Notes under the pieces: model-generated
Told to the model about the DNA's origin: nothing
What the model saw: only the letters and a program-made list of their open reading frames with translations
Databases searched by the model: none
DNA from: Conidiobolus incongruus B7586
Taxonomy: Eukaryota
Reading direction: 5' to 3'
Assembly: GCA_000697335.1 (NCBI GenBank)
Contig: JNEM01008663.1
Coordinates: forward strand, 1 to 41,237
DNA length: 41,237 bases
Made by a program: the position numbers and the translations under genes
Shown here: positions 1-13,484 of the stretch, piece after piece
Layout of the letters: the number at the start of each line of letters is the position of its first letter
How positions within the stretch are numbered: the first letter of the stretch is position 1

Positions 1-2543
1 ATATTATTATAATAATTTAATAAGTTAAAAAATCAAAGATAATAATATTGATTCAGGTATTCTAAAATATTTTAAATAATAAATGATTATATGTTTAAAA
101 ATTACTTATATTATTAAAGCCATATAAATCAAATATATAAAAATTAGGAAATTAATTTATATTTTTCTATTATAATATATAAACCTTATTTATATTTTTA
201 AAAAAAAATATTATTGAATCAAATATTATGAATTATAGTATTATTGTTAAGTTATTAGAAATTTAATAAATTCCATTAATTTTCTAAATATCATTTGATT
301 CTAAAGATTTATTAATTAATATAATTTCTCAAACTTTTTAATAAATTCAGTTATATTAATAAATATAAATATAAAAATAATAGATCAAATAAAAAAGGAA
401 AAAATATTAATATTCAACTATTAATATTATGAATATAAAATAATGTTGATTTATCAAGTTATTTGAGGATTTGAAAAACAAAATATCAGTTATAATCATG
501 AAAATTTTAGCCAATTAATAGAACAGTTAATATTTATTCATTATCTATTTAAAATCCAACCAATAATAATGTGGTTAAAGTTTATTAAATTATTATGGTT
601 GACTTATGTCTAATATTGATTATATTTATATATCATAGTAAATTTAAAGCAATTAGTAATCTATTAATTAATATTTATTCTTTGAAAATAACTAATATCA
701 CCAATGAACATAATTTCAAAGAATTTAATGAGTTCACTCATATTATTATATTATATTCACCATTATATTTTTTGATAAATGAACTCAATAGTGATAAATC
801 ATTCATCATAATAAATTTATATAATTATAAAAATGACAAGGAAATTAGTGAAAATTGCTTATTTTGTTCTTTATTTTCTGCTAATCACAATATTTTTAAG
901 TAATCAGTGTTATTTTATTCAAAATGTGGATTAGTTGATATTCCAGGATTCATGGTTTAAAAACATTGAATTATTAAATAATCCTGCTATTTGGTTAAAT
1001 ATGCCAGTTAGTATAAAGAATCGGCTAAATTTTAGACTGATTAAACAGTCATAACTGATGTTAAAATATTATATCAACATAATTAAATCCAACTTGCTTT
1101 AGAACACAAAAAAAAATTACAATGATTATGCAATCGGTGAAAAAATTTAATAATTAAAATTCATAATTCTATAATATTCCAATTTCATGGGAATAAAATT
1201 TGATGCAAACTTATTTTTATTATTTTCATTAGATTATTATAAAATTTAATATATATTCAGAAGTTATTGAGCTAGTGTTACTGAGATTTATATTATATCA
1301 TTTCCTAGTTACTTTGAAAACATTTTTAGGTATTAAAATACTAGAATAATAAAGCTGTATTAAATATTGTAAGATATTAACTAAAAAATATAGGTGATTA
1401 AATATTTAACAGACATTTGAGAATCTAATAGTATCAAAATTAGGTTGATGTGATGAAATACCTGAACTACCTTAATATAGTTATATATAATTTACAAATC
1501 CAAATTGGACTTTTTTGTGATTCTTATATATAAGTCATTCCAGATTATTCGATACCATGTTGTCTAATCTCAATAAGTATAAATAAAATTGATTTCTTGG
1601 AGAGATATAAATTTACATGTTCCTGATACAAAATTGCTTACCTTACATAGTTTTTAATTATGAATAATTTAATTACATTTTATTCTCATTCATTTTTTAA
1701 ACTTTTGAAATGAAAATTATTAAAAAACATCTTTAAATATTAAGCTGATTAATTGTTTATTTAATAGAGTGGATTCTTAAATTCTTAACAAATTCTTATA
1801 AAATAGTTGACTTTGGAATTTATAAAGGATAAATGTATTTTTATTTTAAATATATACCATATAAATTCAAAATCCAATACATATTTTGGATATTCAAGTT
1901 TATAATAAAGTCATGAATGATAAAACATCCATTAAAAAATGAAAAATAAAATTGGTTTCAAAAATTTAGTTTAACCTAGTATCAAGATATTTTGACTTGT
2001 TTTATTAATTTTTTGTTTGATTATATTCATTTTGAATAGTTTATCCAATAATTTTGTTTAATTATCCACATTAAGAATCTTCTATACTCTATCAATCTTG
2101 AAAAAAATCGTATTTTTACTTGAAATGATGATTTAGCGCATGGCTTTAATGATGGTAATAATTAAATAAATAGTCCGGTAAGCCTTTTATTATGCCAATC
2201 AAAAATAAATACCGCATCAACTATCATTTATTTACCAATAGTTTGATTAATTTTCTATTGGTGTATGCAACAAATATTGATAGATATGTGAATTAAGCAC
2301 ATGAAATTAGAGTAATCCAAACCAATTAGAAATTAATTATTAACCCATTAAAATCATTATTAATGATAAATCAAATAAATTTAGTCAACTTTCTATAGAT
2401 ATATTAACTTTTATTCTCTTCCATTTAATATCCAAATTGAAAAAAAAACATTAAAAAGAATAACACTTACATCAATTAAATTATATTTTTAACTTATTTA
2501 CTTTATTTGATTTAATATATATCATTAATACTATAATTGGATA

Positions 2544-5393
2544 ATGAGTCATCCTAACCAAAATACAACTAGCAATTTATGCCAGCAATGTAAACGTCAG
2601 CAAGCTTCTAGTTCAAGTGTCCTTTGCAGCGGCTGTATCTTACGCTCAGCAAATGCTATATACAATTTAGGAGATCCCGATTTGGGTGCAACGATTAATG
2701 CCGAGTTAAATGCTCAGCAGCCTCCTGGTACTTCTGGAGCCAGTTCCGGCGATCCATTTCAGAACGGAGGATTATTTAATCTTTATTCGAATATTGAAAC
2801 CTTTTCTGAACACGAATTGAACCAAGCTTTGTACACTGAAGGTGGTAATTTGAACTTCCTCAACCAACCATTCCCTGCAGGTTTACCTCCAAGAATGGCT
2901 CAACAAGCAGGTCAGCGCAATACTCCCAATTCATCTTCTCCCCATCAACCCTCTCAGGATCAAAGCACCTCTCAGCAACAATCTGAAGCGAATCGTTTTT
3001 CTTCTCCACCTTATGAAGAAGAAGATGAACTTAACGGAATTTGGGTCGGAGATAAAAATTCCGCAGATAATGTATTTTATTATGGTGTTTTTCCAGGTAG
3101 TTTACTTGGCAATAGCAAAAAAGAAACTCAAGAAGTTTGCGAAAAAATGGCTACATTATTTGAAGAAACTGCGATTGAAGATAATTTACCAATGTCCATC
3201 AAGGAAGAACCTATTTCCACCGCTGCCAAACGTCATCTTTTAGATTTGTATTTCAAATATCACTATCCTTTCTTCCCCATTTTGGATAAAACCACGATTA
3301 TGGATCAATTTGACAAGGGAAAAGTCCCCAGTCTTTTGTTGAATGCTATATTTGCTGTTGCATATTTCTACACTGATGAAAAGAGTATGGGTTTCTTTGC
3401 TCAGTTTAAAGATAGAAGCAAGGAAGAGGTTGCAGAACAATTCGAATCTCTTGCTAAGCAATGTTTAGATGAATGCTTTTCCGAAGCCGAACTTCCTACA
3501 ATTCAAGCCTTACTCTTGATGACGTTATATCATCATAGAGCTTCTATTTCTAATAATGTCTGGCTATATTCTGGTATGGCAACTAGAATGGCTATGGAAT
3601 TAGGTTTGCATAAAGATTGCGAAAGTTTATTCAGTACATCCAATGATAACCAAGATCAAGAGCTCAACAAAAAGATTTGGTGGGGTTGTTTTATCCTCGA
3701 TACTCTATACTCCACTATGTTGGGTAGACCCCTCTCTATTCAACAAGAGTTGAGTGACGTTAAATTACCCGTCGTTGCTGATGATGAGGACAACCAACAA
3801 GTAATCATCGTAGAAAACACTTTTATTGCTTTCGCGAAACTTGCCAAGATTCTTGGTAAATTAAATCGTCTACTTACTTCGGTCAAACTCAAGAGCAATT
3901 TACGCGAAAGAGCTAATCGTTCTCTTGAATGCATGACTAGTTTAAAGAACTGGTTCAAGGGCCTTCCCGCTTCATTAAAGCAATTGAACTTAGATACTCC
4001 TATCAATTTGAATGACTTGAAGAACTGCAGTCAACAGAATATCTTGGCTCCTTATTTACACTTAATGTACCATGTTTCATGCATCGTTGGTCAGACTCTT
4101 TGCCATACAGACAGCTTGTTCCGTATTGTTAATCCCAATATGATGAAGGATGCTATCACCTCTGCTACTGAAATTACTAGAATTATGTCTGCTATGGAAC
4201 ATGTGTTTGCTAAGCACGGCCCGGCCTTCCTTCACTACCCTTCATACGTAAGCTGCTTCTTATTCATGCATAAAATTAAATTATCGCCTCCATCTCCCAA
4301 TTTGACACACGAGCCAAACTATGCCCTCCTTATTTCCTGCTTACAGAGTTTGCATAAACTTTCCGAAAGATTAGAGAATGGCCGCTTCGCTTTGAATGTT
4401 GTTACAGGATTGTGTGAACATTTACGTATACCATTACCAGAGGTATATGCCAACATACGTCAAAAATCACTTGTTTCCACTGGTGTCAACACCCCAGGAT
4501 CAGGTCACCCTGCATTTTTTGCTGGTCAATTTCCTCCACAATTCCTTCAATCTCTTCAAACTTCTGCAGCCGCATTCCAAGCTGACGGTTCGTTTGATCC
4601 TAATCAACTTCAGAACATTGCTGCTCAATTTAATCAAGGAGGCCAACCTCAGGCTAGCTTTATTATTTCTGCTCCTGCTGGTTCATCTATGATGGAGGGT
4701 GGTCAGCGTTTTGACAACTACCAACAGGGCGGTATTTCAATGTCTTTTATCAGACCTGAAGATATCATTGCAATGGGCGGTAATATGAATGATCCTATGC
4801 TTGCTATGGGTTCGAACATTCACCAAGGGCAACAAGCAACTATCACGCCGTTACCAGACGATGCAACCACATATGTTAGCCAACAGTCATACCAAGCTCC
4901 TGTAACTCAACATCCTCCCCATCAACCACCAACTGTGTCATCTCATCACCAAGCTGCTTCACAAACACAGCATCAAGTCCCTTCGCAGTCTCAGCACCAA
5001 GTTCCTACACAAACTCATACTCAAGTCCCTCCACAAACCCAACACCAAATTCCTTCTCAACCACAACACCAAGTCCCCTCTCAAACACACCACGCTCAAA
5101 CACAACAATTCCAACAGTATACTCATCCCCAGCAAGCATTTACAATGCCCCAACAACAGGCATATACCACTGCTCACATGCAACATCAACAGGGTTACCC
5201 AACCAGTCAACCAATATATTCAACTCAGCCTGGATATGCTCCCAACTATCAACAGCAGCCCCCTGTTAGCCAGCAACAACCTCAACCTGGCGCAACACAG
5301 CATATGTATGGATACCAAGGCCAGGTACCTTCTCAAGGAGCTCCCCATGGCTATCCCAATCAAGGCTACGGCCACCAACAAGGCGGTCACTAG
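2544..5393 (+). CDS. Fungal-specific transcription factor (Fungal_trans/middle homology region) with degenerate N-terminal Zn2Cys6 motif and Q/P-rich C-terminus
   Basis: Intronless 949-aa ORF. Middle homology region motifs: LLDLYFKYHYPFFPILDK, TIQALLLMTLY, WLYSGMATRMAMELGLHK, IWWGCFILDTLYSTMLGRPLSI. N-terminal CQQC-x11-CSGC. Long Gln-rich tail. Confidence 0.9.
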   Translation: MSHPNQNTTSNLCQQCKRQQASSSSVLCSGCILRSANAIYNLGDPDLGATINAELNAQQPPGTSGASSGDPFQNGGLFNLYSNIETFSEHELNQALYTEGGNLNFLNQPFPAGLPPRMAQQAGQRNTPNSSSPHQPSQDQSTSQQQSEANRFSSPPYEEEDELNGIWVGDKNSADNVFYYGVFPGSLLGNSKKETQEVCEKMATLFEETAIEDNLPMSIKEEPISTAAKRHLLDLYFKYHYPFFPILDKTTIMDQFDKGKVPSLLLNAIFAVAYFYTDEKSMGFFAQFKDRSKEEVAEQFESLAKQCLDECFSEAELPTIQALLLMTLYHHRASISNNVWLYSGMATRMAMELGLHKDCESLFSTSNDNQDQELNKKIWWGCFILDTLYSTMLGRPLSIQQELSDVKLPVVADDEDNQQVIIVENTFIAFAKLAKILGKLNRLLTSVKLKSNLRERANRSLECMTSLKNWFKGLPASLKQLNLDTPINLNDLKNCSQQNILAPYLHLMYHVSCIVGQTLCHTDSLFRIVNPNMMKDAITSATEITRIMSAMEHVFAKHGPAFLHYPSYVSCFLFMHKIKLSPPSPNLTHEPNYALLISCLQSLHKLSERLENGRFALNVVTGLCEHLRIPLPEVYANIRQKSLVSTGVNTPGSGHPAFFAGQFPPQFLQSLQTSAAAFQADGSFDPNQLQNIAAQFNQGGQPQASFIISAPAGSSMMEGGQRFDNYQQGGISMSFIRPEDIIAMGGNMNDPMLAMGSNIHQGQQATITPLPDDATTYVSQQSYQAPVTQHPPHQPPTVSSHHQAASQTQHQVPSQSQHQVPTQTHTQVPPQTQHQIPSQPQHQVPSQTHHAQTQQFQQYTHPQQAFTMPQQQAYTTAHMQHQQGYPTSQPIYSTQPGYAPNYQQQPPVSQQQPQPGATQHMYGYQGQVPSQGAPHGYPNQGYGHQQGGH
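4959..5102 (+). repeat. Coding tandem repeat, about six 24-bp (8-aa) units within the transcription factor tail
   Basis: Translation reads SQTQHQVP SQSQHQVP TQTHTQVP PQTQHQIP SQPQHQVP SQTHHAQT. Confidence 0.8.
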
Positions 5394-7764
5394 ATTGACT
5401 CGTATTATTTTTCACTCTTTTATTTTTAATTCTCCCACATTATCAGACTGGGATTTGATCTTGACATAATAAAATTATTATTTTTGATAATTGTATATTA
5501 TTTCATTCTATAAATTTAACTGATATATTTGGCTATATACTTCAATAATACAATTATTATTAACTTTTTACTCAATATAATGATTTAATGAAATTAGTAT
5601 AATATTTTTCATTTCTTTGAAATTGAGAGTATCAATAAATTAATTTATGTTTCTATTCATATTATAATAAATAAGATAATGGATTTGTAATAAATATTTA
5701 AACTAGATTTGAGTAAAATAATTACTTATTTAAAATATTATAAAAAGTAATTAATAATATTTTGAAAAAGTTAGAATCATATTCTAATGATTATTCTGGA
5801 TATTTATTTTTTTTAAAAAAAAATTATTTAATATGATTTGAAAATTCAATTGGAAAAAAATAATTTAACATTTAAATTATATAATTGTACGAATTATTGT
5901 AATATGATTAGTATTATAAAATTTATTTGAAACCTTTATTATTTGGGAGGTAATGAACTAATATAATGATTTTTAATTAAAGCTTAATTAACACAATATA
6001 ATTTTGATTCAACTGATAATTTAACAATAACATAGCATTACAAACTTGATATTATTAAAAATTTTATGAACTTATTATAATAAACAACTAATATAAACTA
6101 TTATAGCATATCGACATATCTATTTTAATTATATTAGTCCCATTAAGAAATATTTGAAGAAATTAAAATTTCTAGTTATAAATATTTGATATTAAAATAG
6201 CGCTTATAATAACATATTATGTATTATACAAACAGAAATAATCGATTAGTAATATTGAATTAAATGCAGTCGGATTTTGGTTATTACACATCATATTACC
6301 CAAAAAAATTTAATAAAATTAATTAATATTATACTCTAAACACTGTTTTTGATCAGAGTTTGAATTAATTTTATAATGATATGATTTTATTATTATTGTT
6401 TTTTCAATAACATAACTTGAATTAGTTAAAGTTTGACCTTATAATTCAAAAAAAATTACAAAAATATCAAAATATATTTGACATATAATTTATAAATTAA
6501 TAAAATAAAATAGAATTTACAATTTAAATTTTATATAATTCAATTAATATGTTGATTAACAAATGATATTTATTAATTATTTAAAATTAATAGTAAGAAA
6601 ATAGTAAATTTAATCATTCCATAAAAAGATCAATATAGTTATACATTATTATTATATTACTGTAACAAGATTTAAGCTTTTAAGTACTTTATTAAAAAAT
6701 AAATAAATTGCTATATATGGATGCCAACTTCCAATTATTATACTGAAATATTTATTTATAAAACATATTACCAAAGTTTTACCAGATATTATTATATTTT
6801 AGTTTTAATTACATAATTATGGACTATATGTTTAATTATATTTAAACTATTAAAATTGACTATTTTAATTTTATCAACATTTTATTATGACTGAATATTA
6901 ATGAATTATTTAAATGTTTTGTCATTTATAAATTTAATCCAAATAATAGCAATCAAGATTATATTTTTATAATTTAACCCACGTCATTATATATCCATAT
7001 ATATATGAGTGGTTTTGAATGAAAATCAATAATTTTTTTGATGTCAATTACAATTATAGATTGAGTATATTTCAACGGAATTTTGTTATTTTTAAATAAA
7101 TATTATTATAATTTAATTTTAAAAAATATATAAAATGAAATAATATTCACTAATTATGGTTTAATAAATCATAAAATTATTTAATATATATAATAAAACA
7201 TTAATTAATAAATTCAATAAATTCAATTTATAATGTATTAAAGACATTTGATCACAGTATGTTATAATTTGATATAATTATTGAATGAACTCTTTAGTAA
7301 ATTATAAAGAACAACTATTATGTGCAGAATATTATTATCAGCAGTTTAAACCACATAATTAAATCCCTATCATAAACATTATTATGTAATAACACAAAAT
7401 GTGTTTAGAATAAATTTTTGAAAAAATTATTATTTAATTGATTCAGGTATTTAATATGATATATTTTGATAAAATTCAGTTTATGGAGTATTTTTTATAA
7501 AATTCAAATATGAAAATTACTGGAAATAATAACCATAGCTGCTAGTATATTATTTTTTAGTATATACAAGATGAATTCTATTATTGAATTTAACTCTAAA
7601 AACATTCGCATGTTTCAAGTTGGGAATTGATTTATTTAATAACCGAATCCCATAAATTAATCAACTCAATTAGAAATATTAAATTAAATCAATAGTTCAA
7701 AAAATAATTAATTAATTTAAAATTATAGAACTTTATAGATCTTAATTAAATAATAATATTAACA

Positions 7765-8842
7765 ATGAAATCTAAAGTAATTTAAATTATAAGTATATTT
7801 AATATAATTATTTAATCCATTTTTATAGGATAAAATTAGAGATAGAGAAATTACTAATAATGAACCTGAAAAAGTTAAAAAAACTAAAAAAGAAAAGAAA
7901 GAAAAGAAAGATAAAAAACGTAAGTTAACATTAATTAATTTTTAATTTTATTATTTATTTAATTTTATTTATTTAGATAAAAAGGAATCTGACTCTCAAG
8001 GTATTCAATTTTATTTTTAATTTTAATATTTTTGATATTAAATTAGATATTTTTAAGACTTAACTTTTGTTGAAGAAATACAATCAAGTAATCATATCTT
8101 AATTAAAATGAGCTTGAATTTGAAATTAATCGATTATTTATTAATAGATGAACTTGTTCAAAATGAAGAAATCACACCGATATTACAAGAGCCTCAAAAC
8201 TTACCAACTCAGATTAATCAACTCTTTGACAAATTTACAGATTTTGATGCCAATCCAATAGCACTCATAAATAAGCAATTAAACGAGTTGAATAGACAAA
8301 ACTTGGATCAAGCTGATATTGAATCAATCTCACACTTATCACAGAAGTTCCTCAAATTATATGATAAATCATTGCAATTATTGAAGCTATTACATTCAAA
8401 TAATACTAATGTGTCAATGAGTAGTTTAAAAAATTCTAACGAAGTGATTCAGGTAATATAATAATTAATCTGTAATTGATTTTAAACTTATTTAATATTT
8501 TAGGAATCTTATAATTCTATCGGGCTCAATTATCTCAAAGATCTTATGAGTGTACAACTATACCAACCAATTTCTCTAATGAATAACGAATTAAAGTACT
8601 CGATCTTATCACTTACCAAAGGACAAACTGTATCAGACGCATTGCCTAGTTCCTCATCAACTAGTGTTGATGACAAGTTTAGAGAATTTTACATGGATCA
8701 AATGGCTAATGCTTTTGGTGACGAATTAGATCAAATTCGTCAATTGGAGAATTTAGATGAATCTAAAATCAAAATTTTAATTCAGTCCTTAGAAATTGGT
8801 ATTCAAAATTTTTCAAAGAGTGAAAAGCAATTTCAATTTTAA
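7765..8842 (+). CDS. RSA3: Ribosome assembly protein 3-like (Rsa3 domain), multi-exon
   Basis: ATG at 7765 (MKSK), then short GT-AG introns join a Lys-rich exon (KKEKKEKKDKK) to the ORF-track pieces 8108-8461 and 8546-8842. C-terminal FREFYMDQMANAFGDELDQIRQ...LIQSLEIG...F matches the Rsa3 motif. One 5' junction needs an AAG acceptor, so the 5' exon structure is less certain. Confidence 0.7.
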
Positions 8843-9403
8843 TAAACTTATTATCTCAAATGTATTACACTTAATATCATGATTTTCGTTTTTAAATTAT
8901 TTAATATAATTATTAAAAATATTATTATATTTTATTATTAAATTTATTGATTTAATAAATTAATTTAAAATATTTATATAATAATTTTGAAAATTATTTT
9001 ATATTTAAATAAAATTAATAATTTTTTTAATATAATAAATAGATTTTATTATATATAATAAATCTAGTTTTAAAAAAAATTAACTATGAGAAAATTACAA
9101 TGCAAAAAAAATTCAATGTAACTTCCTAATAAGGAAGTGGGAAGAGAGATTAGGGGAGAAGGTTCAAGTAAATTTCATTGAAACTGTAATTGAATCCCTC
9201 TTACCTGGTGTTGTCCAAGCTCCTACACATCACAGTCAGATAATGTAAGAACAACAAATCCAAAGCATCCATCCAGTTATCTATACACTAATAGCCGAAA
9301 TAATACAATACTATAAAAAATATAATTAAAAATGCTATAGAAATAATATTTAATATACTTTGTTTACTTTTAAATCAATTGATCTAACGAATTAATAATT
9401 AGC

Positions 9404-9792
9404 ATGCGTTACATCGCCGCTCACTTACTCCTTGCTCTCGGTGGTAACTCCAACCCCTCCGCTGAAGATATCAAGACTCTCTTGGCTTCCGTTGGTGTTG
9501 AAGCTGAAGAAGAAAGATTAACTTCCCTTCTTTCCCAATTAGAAGGCAAGAACATCAACGAAATCATTGAAGCCGGTCTCTCCAAGCTCGCTTCCGTTCC
9601 CTCCGGTGGTGCTGCCGCTGGTGCTGCCTCCGCTGGTGCCGCTGCTGGTGGTGCTGCTGCCGCTGCTGAAGAAGCTGCTCCCGCTGCCGAAGAAGAAGAA
9701 GAAGATGATGTAAGATCTATTCTAATCTATAGAATTCTCATTAGATCTAACCTATTTGATTTTAGGATATGGGCTTTGGTTTATTCGACTAA
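9404..9792 (+). CDS. RPP2: 60S acidic ribosomal protein P2 (exons 9404-9709, 9766-9792)
   Basis: [31 protein letters not shown], Ala/Gly hinge and acidic run. Removing intron 9710-9765 (GTAAGA...CTAAC...TAG) restores the conserved [10 protein letters not shown] end. A 5'UTR intron (~9245-9402) is possible. Confidence 0.97.
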
Positions 9793-12267
9793 ACACGTTA
9801 TTAAATCCACCAATAAAACGTGTACTAGTATCAAGAGTTTTTTACTCAACAAATTGGACTTCTACCCTATTTCATATGACCTTATTTCCCAATTGGTTTC
9901 TGTACGAAGCTTATTGATTGATGTATTAAACTGTAATCTTCTCAACACTTCATAATTCTTTGCTTGGCTATTTACTATTCCAGCTTTATTTTGTGTGTCT
10001 GTTCTTCATGGTTCTTCGGTTATGCATTTGTTTATGGTTTAGTATCGTTATTTTTGTTAATATTTTTATATTTTCTTTTTTATAACAATCATTTATGTAT
10101 CAATTTTACATCTATTAACTATATATTTTTATAAATCTTATAATGATATAAATTCTTATTTTATTCTTATAATTTTAATATTTTAACCATATATATATAT
10201 ATATATCATTTATAAATAGTTATCATTTTCAACCTATCTATCCTTTTACAATTTATTTTTTTTTCAATTCCATTTGTATTAGTTAATAAACATACTGCCA
10301 AATCTAATATTTTAGTATAATATAATCAATTTTATTTTAAATATCAATTTATTTGGAATATATATATTTTATAGATTCTGAGGTCAATCATTAAATAAAG
10401 AATTTGAATCATTAACTTAATATTTTTCTATTATCTTTAAATTTTATATTATATATAAACTTGATCTTATTTATTAATTTTAATTTTTGTTTTTATAATA
10501 ATTTCAAATAAATTTTTATTTTTATTTTGAATTAATTATTGATATATTAATTTTATTCAATATAATTCATTAAAATAATCAATTTAAAAGAATTTTAATC
10601 TAATATTTTTTATATAAATCAAATAAAAAAATGGCAATTTAAGACTAAAAATTATAGAATTGATATAGATGCAAAATTATAACTTTAATTGTTATTTTTC
10701 ATTTAATTTTTTTTCTAATAATATATTTTAGTTTAAATATAAAAACGATTTATTATATTTAATAACACAATTAAACTATTGCTTGATTATGTTGCTAAAT
10801 ATTTCAATACTTTATTTTTGTACATTGAATATTTTCAAACTATATTTCATTATAGTTCAATTATTATTTACTTATATCATCAATCAGAATGTTTTTGCAT
10901 ATTTAATAAATGGTTTCAATATATGTATTTGATCAACATATCACCCTTATTTGTTAAACTGTTAATATGTTTAATTGATCTGTCATTTATATCCTTTTAG
11001 GTATAATTCAATATATATTTTTTGATAAATCATATATCAAAGACTAAACCTAATATGAATCCATACAAGTTATTATATAATTAAAATATAATTGAAATTT
11101 GAAAAGCTATATATTGAATAAATTTAATTAAAAATTAAAATGGTATTAATTATGAAATATACTTGATTAAATAAATTAGAACTAGTTCAGAGTAATTGGA
11201 AGGATATAATTGCTAAATTAGGTTATTGAAATTAAGATCTATATTTTTTACTGATTACCTAATAAATTTGAACTATGATATCTAGTTATTATATCAAGGT
11301 AATGAATATTATTAATTAAAAGAATTTGTATCTGAAACATATTTTCAAATTATGAATACATGCACAAACATCTTATCAGAACATATTTTAATAATTTCTC
11401 TTTCAATCTTAAATGTTAAAAAATTAATATAGTTGGATAATCATTTCAATAAAATAAATACTGTCTCCAATATGATTTTCAAACAAAATCAGCTTTAGAT
11501 TTCGAACAATGACAAATAATTACTGAATTATATTTTCAAAAAATAAGGTTATTTAATGTAAAATCAAATAAATAGCTGAGTTTATATTATAGTTCAATTA
11601 TTAAATATATTTTATTAATTTGAGTAAGAAAAACTAGTTTAAATTTGAAAATTAAAATAAATTAATTCTTGATTGTGAATAAATATACTATTAATAATGG
11701 TAAAATGATTCGGTATTTTAAAATCAATTATAATTATTTCAACTATTAATGATTAATAATTAATTTTCTATTGAGAATTCAATAAATTTTTTGAATCGGG
11801 TATTTGGCGATTTTTTTTTGATTCAGTATTTATAATATATGTGTGTATTTTGGTCCAAATAATCGAATATTACCTAATTTGTTTTAACCAAATATTGCTG
11901 AATTTGAAGATTTGTTGGACTGAAAAAAACTTAAGGTTTATTGTTAAATTTTATAAATAGTAATTTAATAATTACTGCTAATAATTTTATATCAGAGGTA
12001 TCTACACTATTAATAAGTTTACGGATTGTTAATATTTTTTAATATTCAAACATTAACATATAGAGTAATATCTAAAATAAACTTATTCAAAATTTCATAA
12101 TGATGATGAAGTTACTGATTAATTAAATTATGATGTCATGAAATCGTATTAAAATGTAAAACTTCTCTTAATTCTAGTCTAAAAAATTAGTATAAAAATA
12201 CTTAATGTCGTCTCGATTTTAAATTATTATTCAATTGTAAATCTTAATAATAACAAATAAATCAAAG

Positions 12268-12567
12268 ATGACTAGCGTTCAAGAACTCGTCCAACAAAAG
12301 ATTGATCAAAATGTTTTAATGATCTTCTCTAAATCCTACTGCCCCTACTGCAAGCGCGCTAAGGAAGCTGCCAAAAAGCTTGGTGTCGAGTACCACGCTA
12401 TTGAGTTAGATGAACTTGATAACGGAGCTGAAATCCAAGATCATTTGGAAGCTAAGACTGGTCAAAGAAGTGTCCCCAATATCTTTATTAAGGGAACTCA
12501 CATCGGTGGTTGCGACGACTTTTTAGCTAAGATTGACAAGGGTGAAGTTCAAAAGTTGTTGGCTTAG
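12268..12567 (+). CDS. Dithiol glutaredoxin
   Basis: FSKSYCPYC active site, GQRSVPNIFI and HIGGCDD glutathione-binding motifs; 99 aa. Confidence 0.96.
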   Translation: MTSVQELVQQKIDQNVLMIFSKSYCPYCKRAKEAAKKLGVEYHAIELDELDNGAEIQDHLEAKTGQRSVPNIFIKGTHIGGCDDFLAKIDKGEVQKLLA

Positions 12568-13484
12568 ATCGTTTAAAAGTAATTAAATTTGTTTGTTTAT
12601 AATTCTAACTTTTATTTTATATTTAATACTAGTATATTTTTCCCTATTTGAAAACGGAGGTATATTTGTTTAGAATTTAAGATTATCAAGAATAGACCAA
12701 ATTCATAATAATTCTTATCCTTTGTTCAATTTTTCAACTCTTAATCTATATCTTTTGAAACTATCTTCTATTAATTCTAATCAACCCACTAATTCAGTTA
12801 AAACCTCTCAACATGGTTTTGTTTAATATTAGCCTGATCTTATATCAATCAATATAGTGTATCTCAAAATATACTCTCCACATAGTCATTCTATAAGCTA
12901 TTTTCTACCCAATATCTAATTGTTTATATTATTGCTTTATTAATTTATCCATTCTAATTGTAACTAGAAATTTGATTTTAATATTATCATTTTTTGCAAT
13001 TATCATAAGATTGGATTTTAGATTGACCATTTTAATAATCTTCAAAATATTTAATTTCATGATTTAATCATCTATTGGCATAAATACATCTTAAAATGAA
13101 TTTAAATTTTATGATATTAAAATCAATATTTTATATAGCTTTTTGATTATTTTAACTAATCAACTATAAAAAAAATCAAATGATTATATAATGAAAATTC
13201 TAATTAATCAATCTAGTGATTGATATAAAAGTCAAAATAAATAATTTAATCTTCACTATGATCCATTTCCAAGTCATATTCCAAACTCTATTAATGAACT
13301 GGGAGAAATCTTTAATTACTTAAAATAAGCCACTAACAGCTATTGCTATATATAAAACCAGTCATTGGTGGAAATTGTACCAATTTTACCAAATCAAACT
13401 TAAAATAATAACCATAATTTATTCACCAATTAATTCAACATATCAATCTCATAACATCATCAATTTCTCTCACTGATAAACGAA

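Noticed and set aside
48..61. Recurring TTGATTCAGGTATT-like motif (also ~7438, variants ~11791 and ~11818)
   Set aside because: Short and AT-rich with no consistent spacing or flanking structure; cannot be distinguished from chance without a genome-wide count.
595..903. 102-aa ORF (similarly 10779-11000, 14339-14545, 18737-18952, 37127-37312)
   Set aside because: I/N/F/L/Y-rich translations typical of chance ORFs in AT-rich DNA; no motifs.
9710..9955. Apparent C-terminal extension of ribosomal protein P2 (183 aa)
   Set aside because: Read-through of an intron; splicing gives the canonical DMGFGLFD end at 9792.
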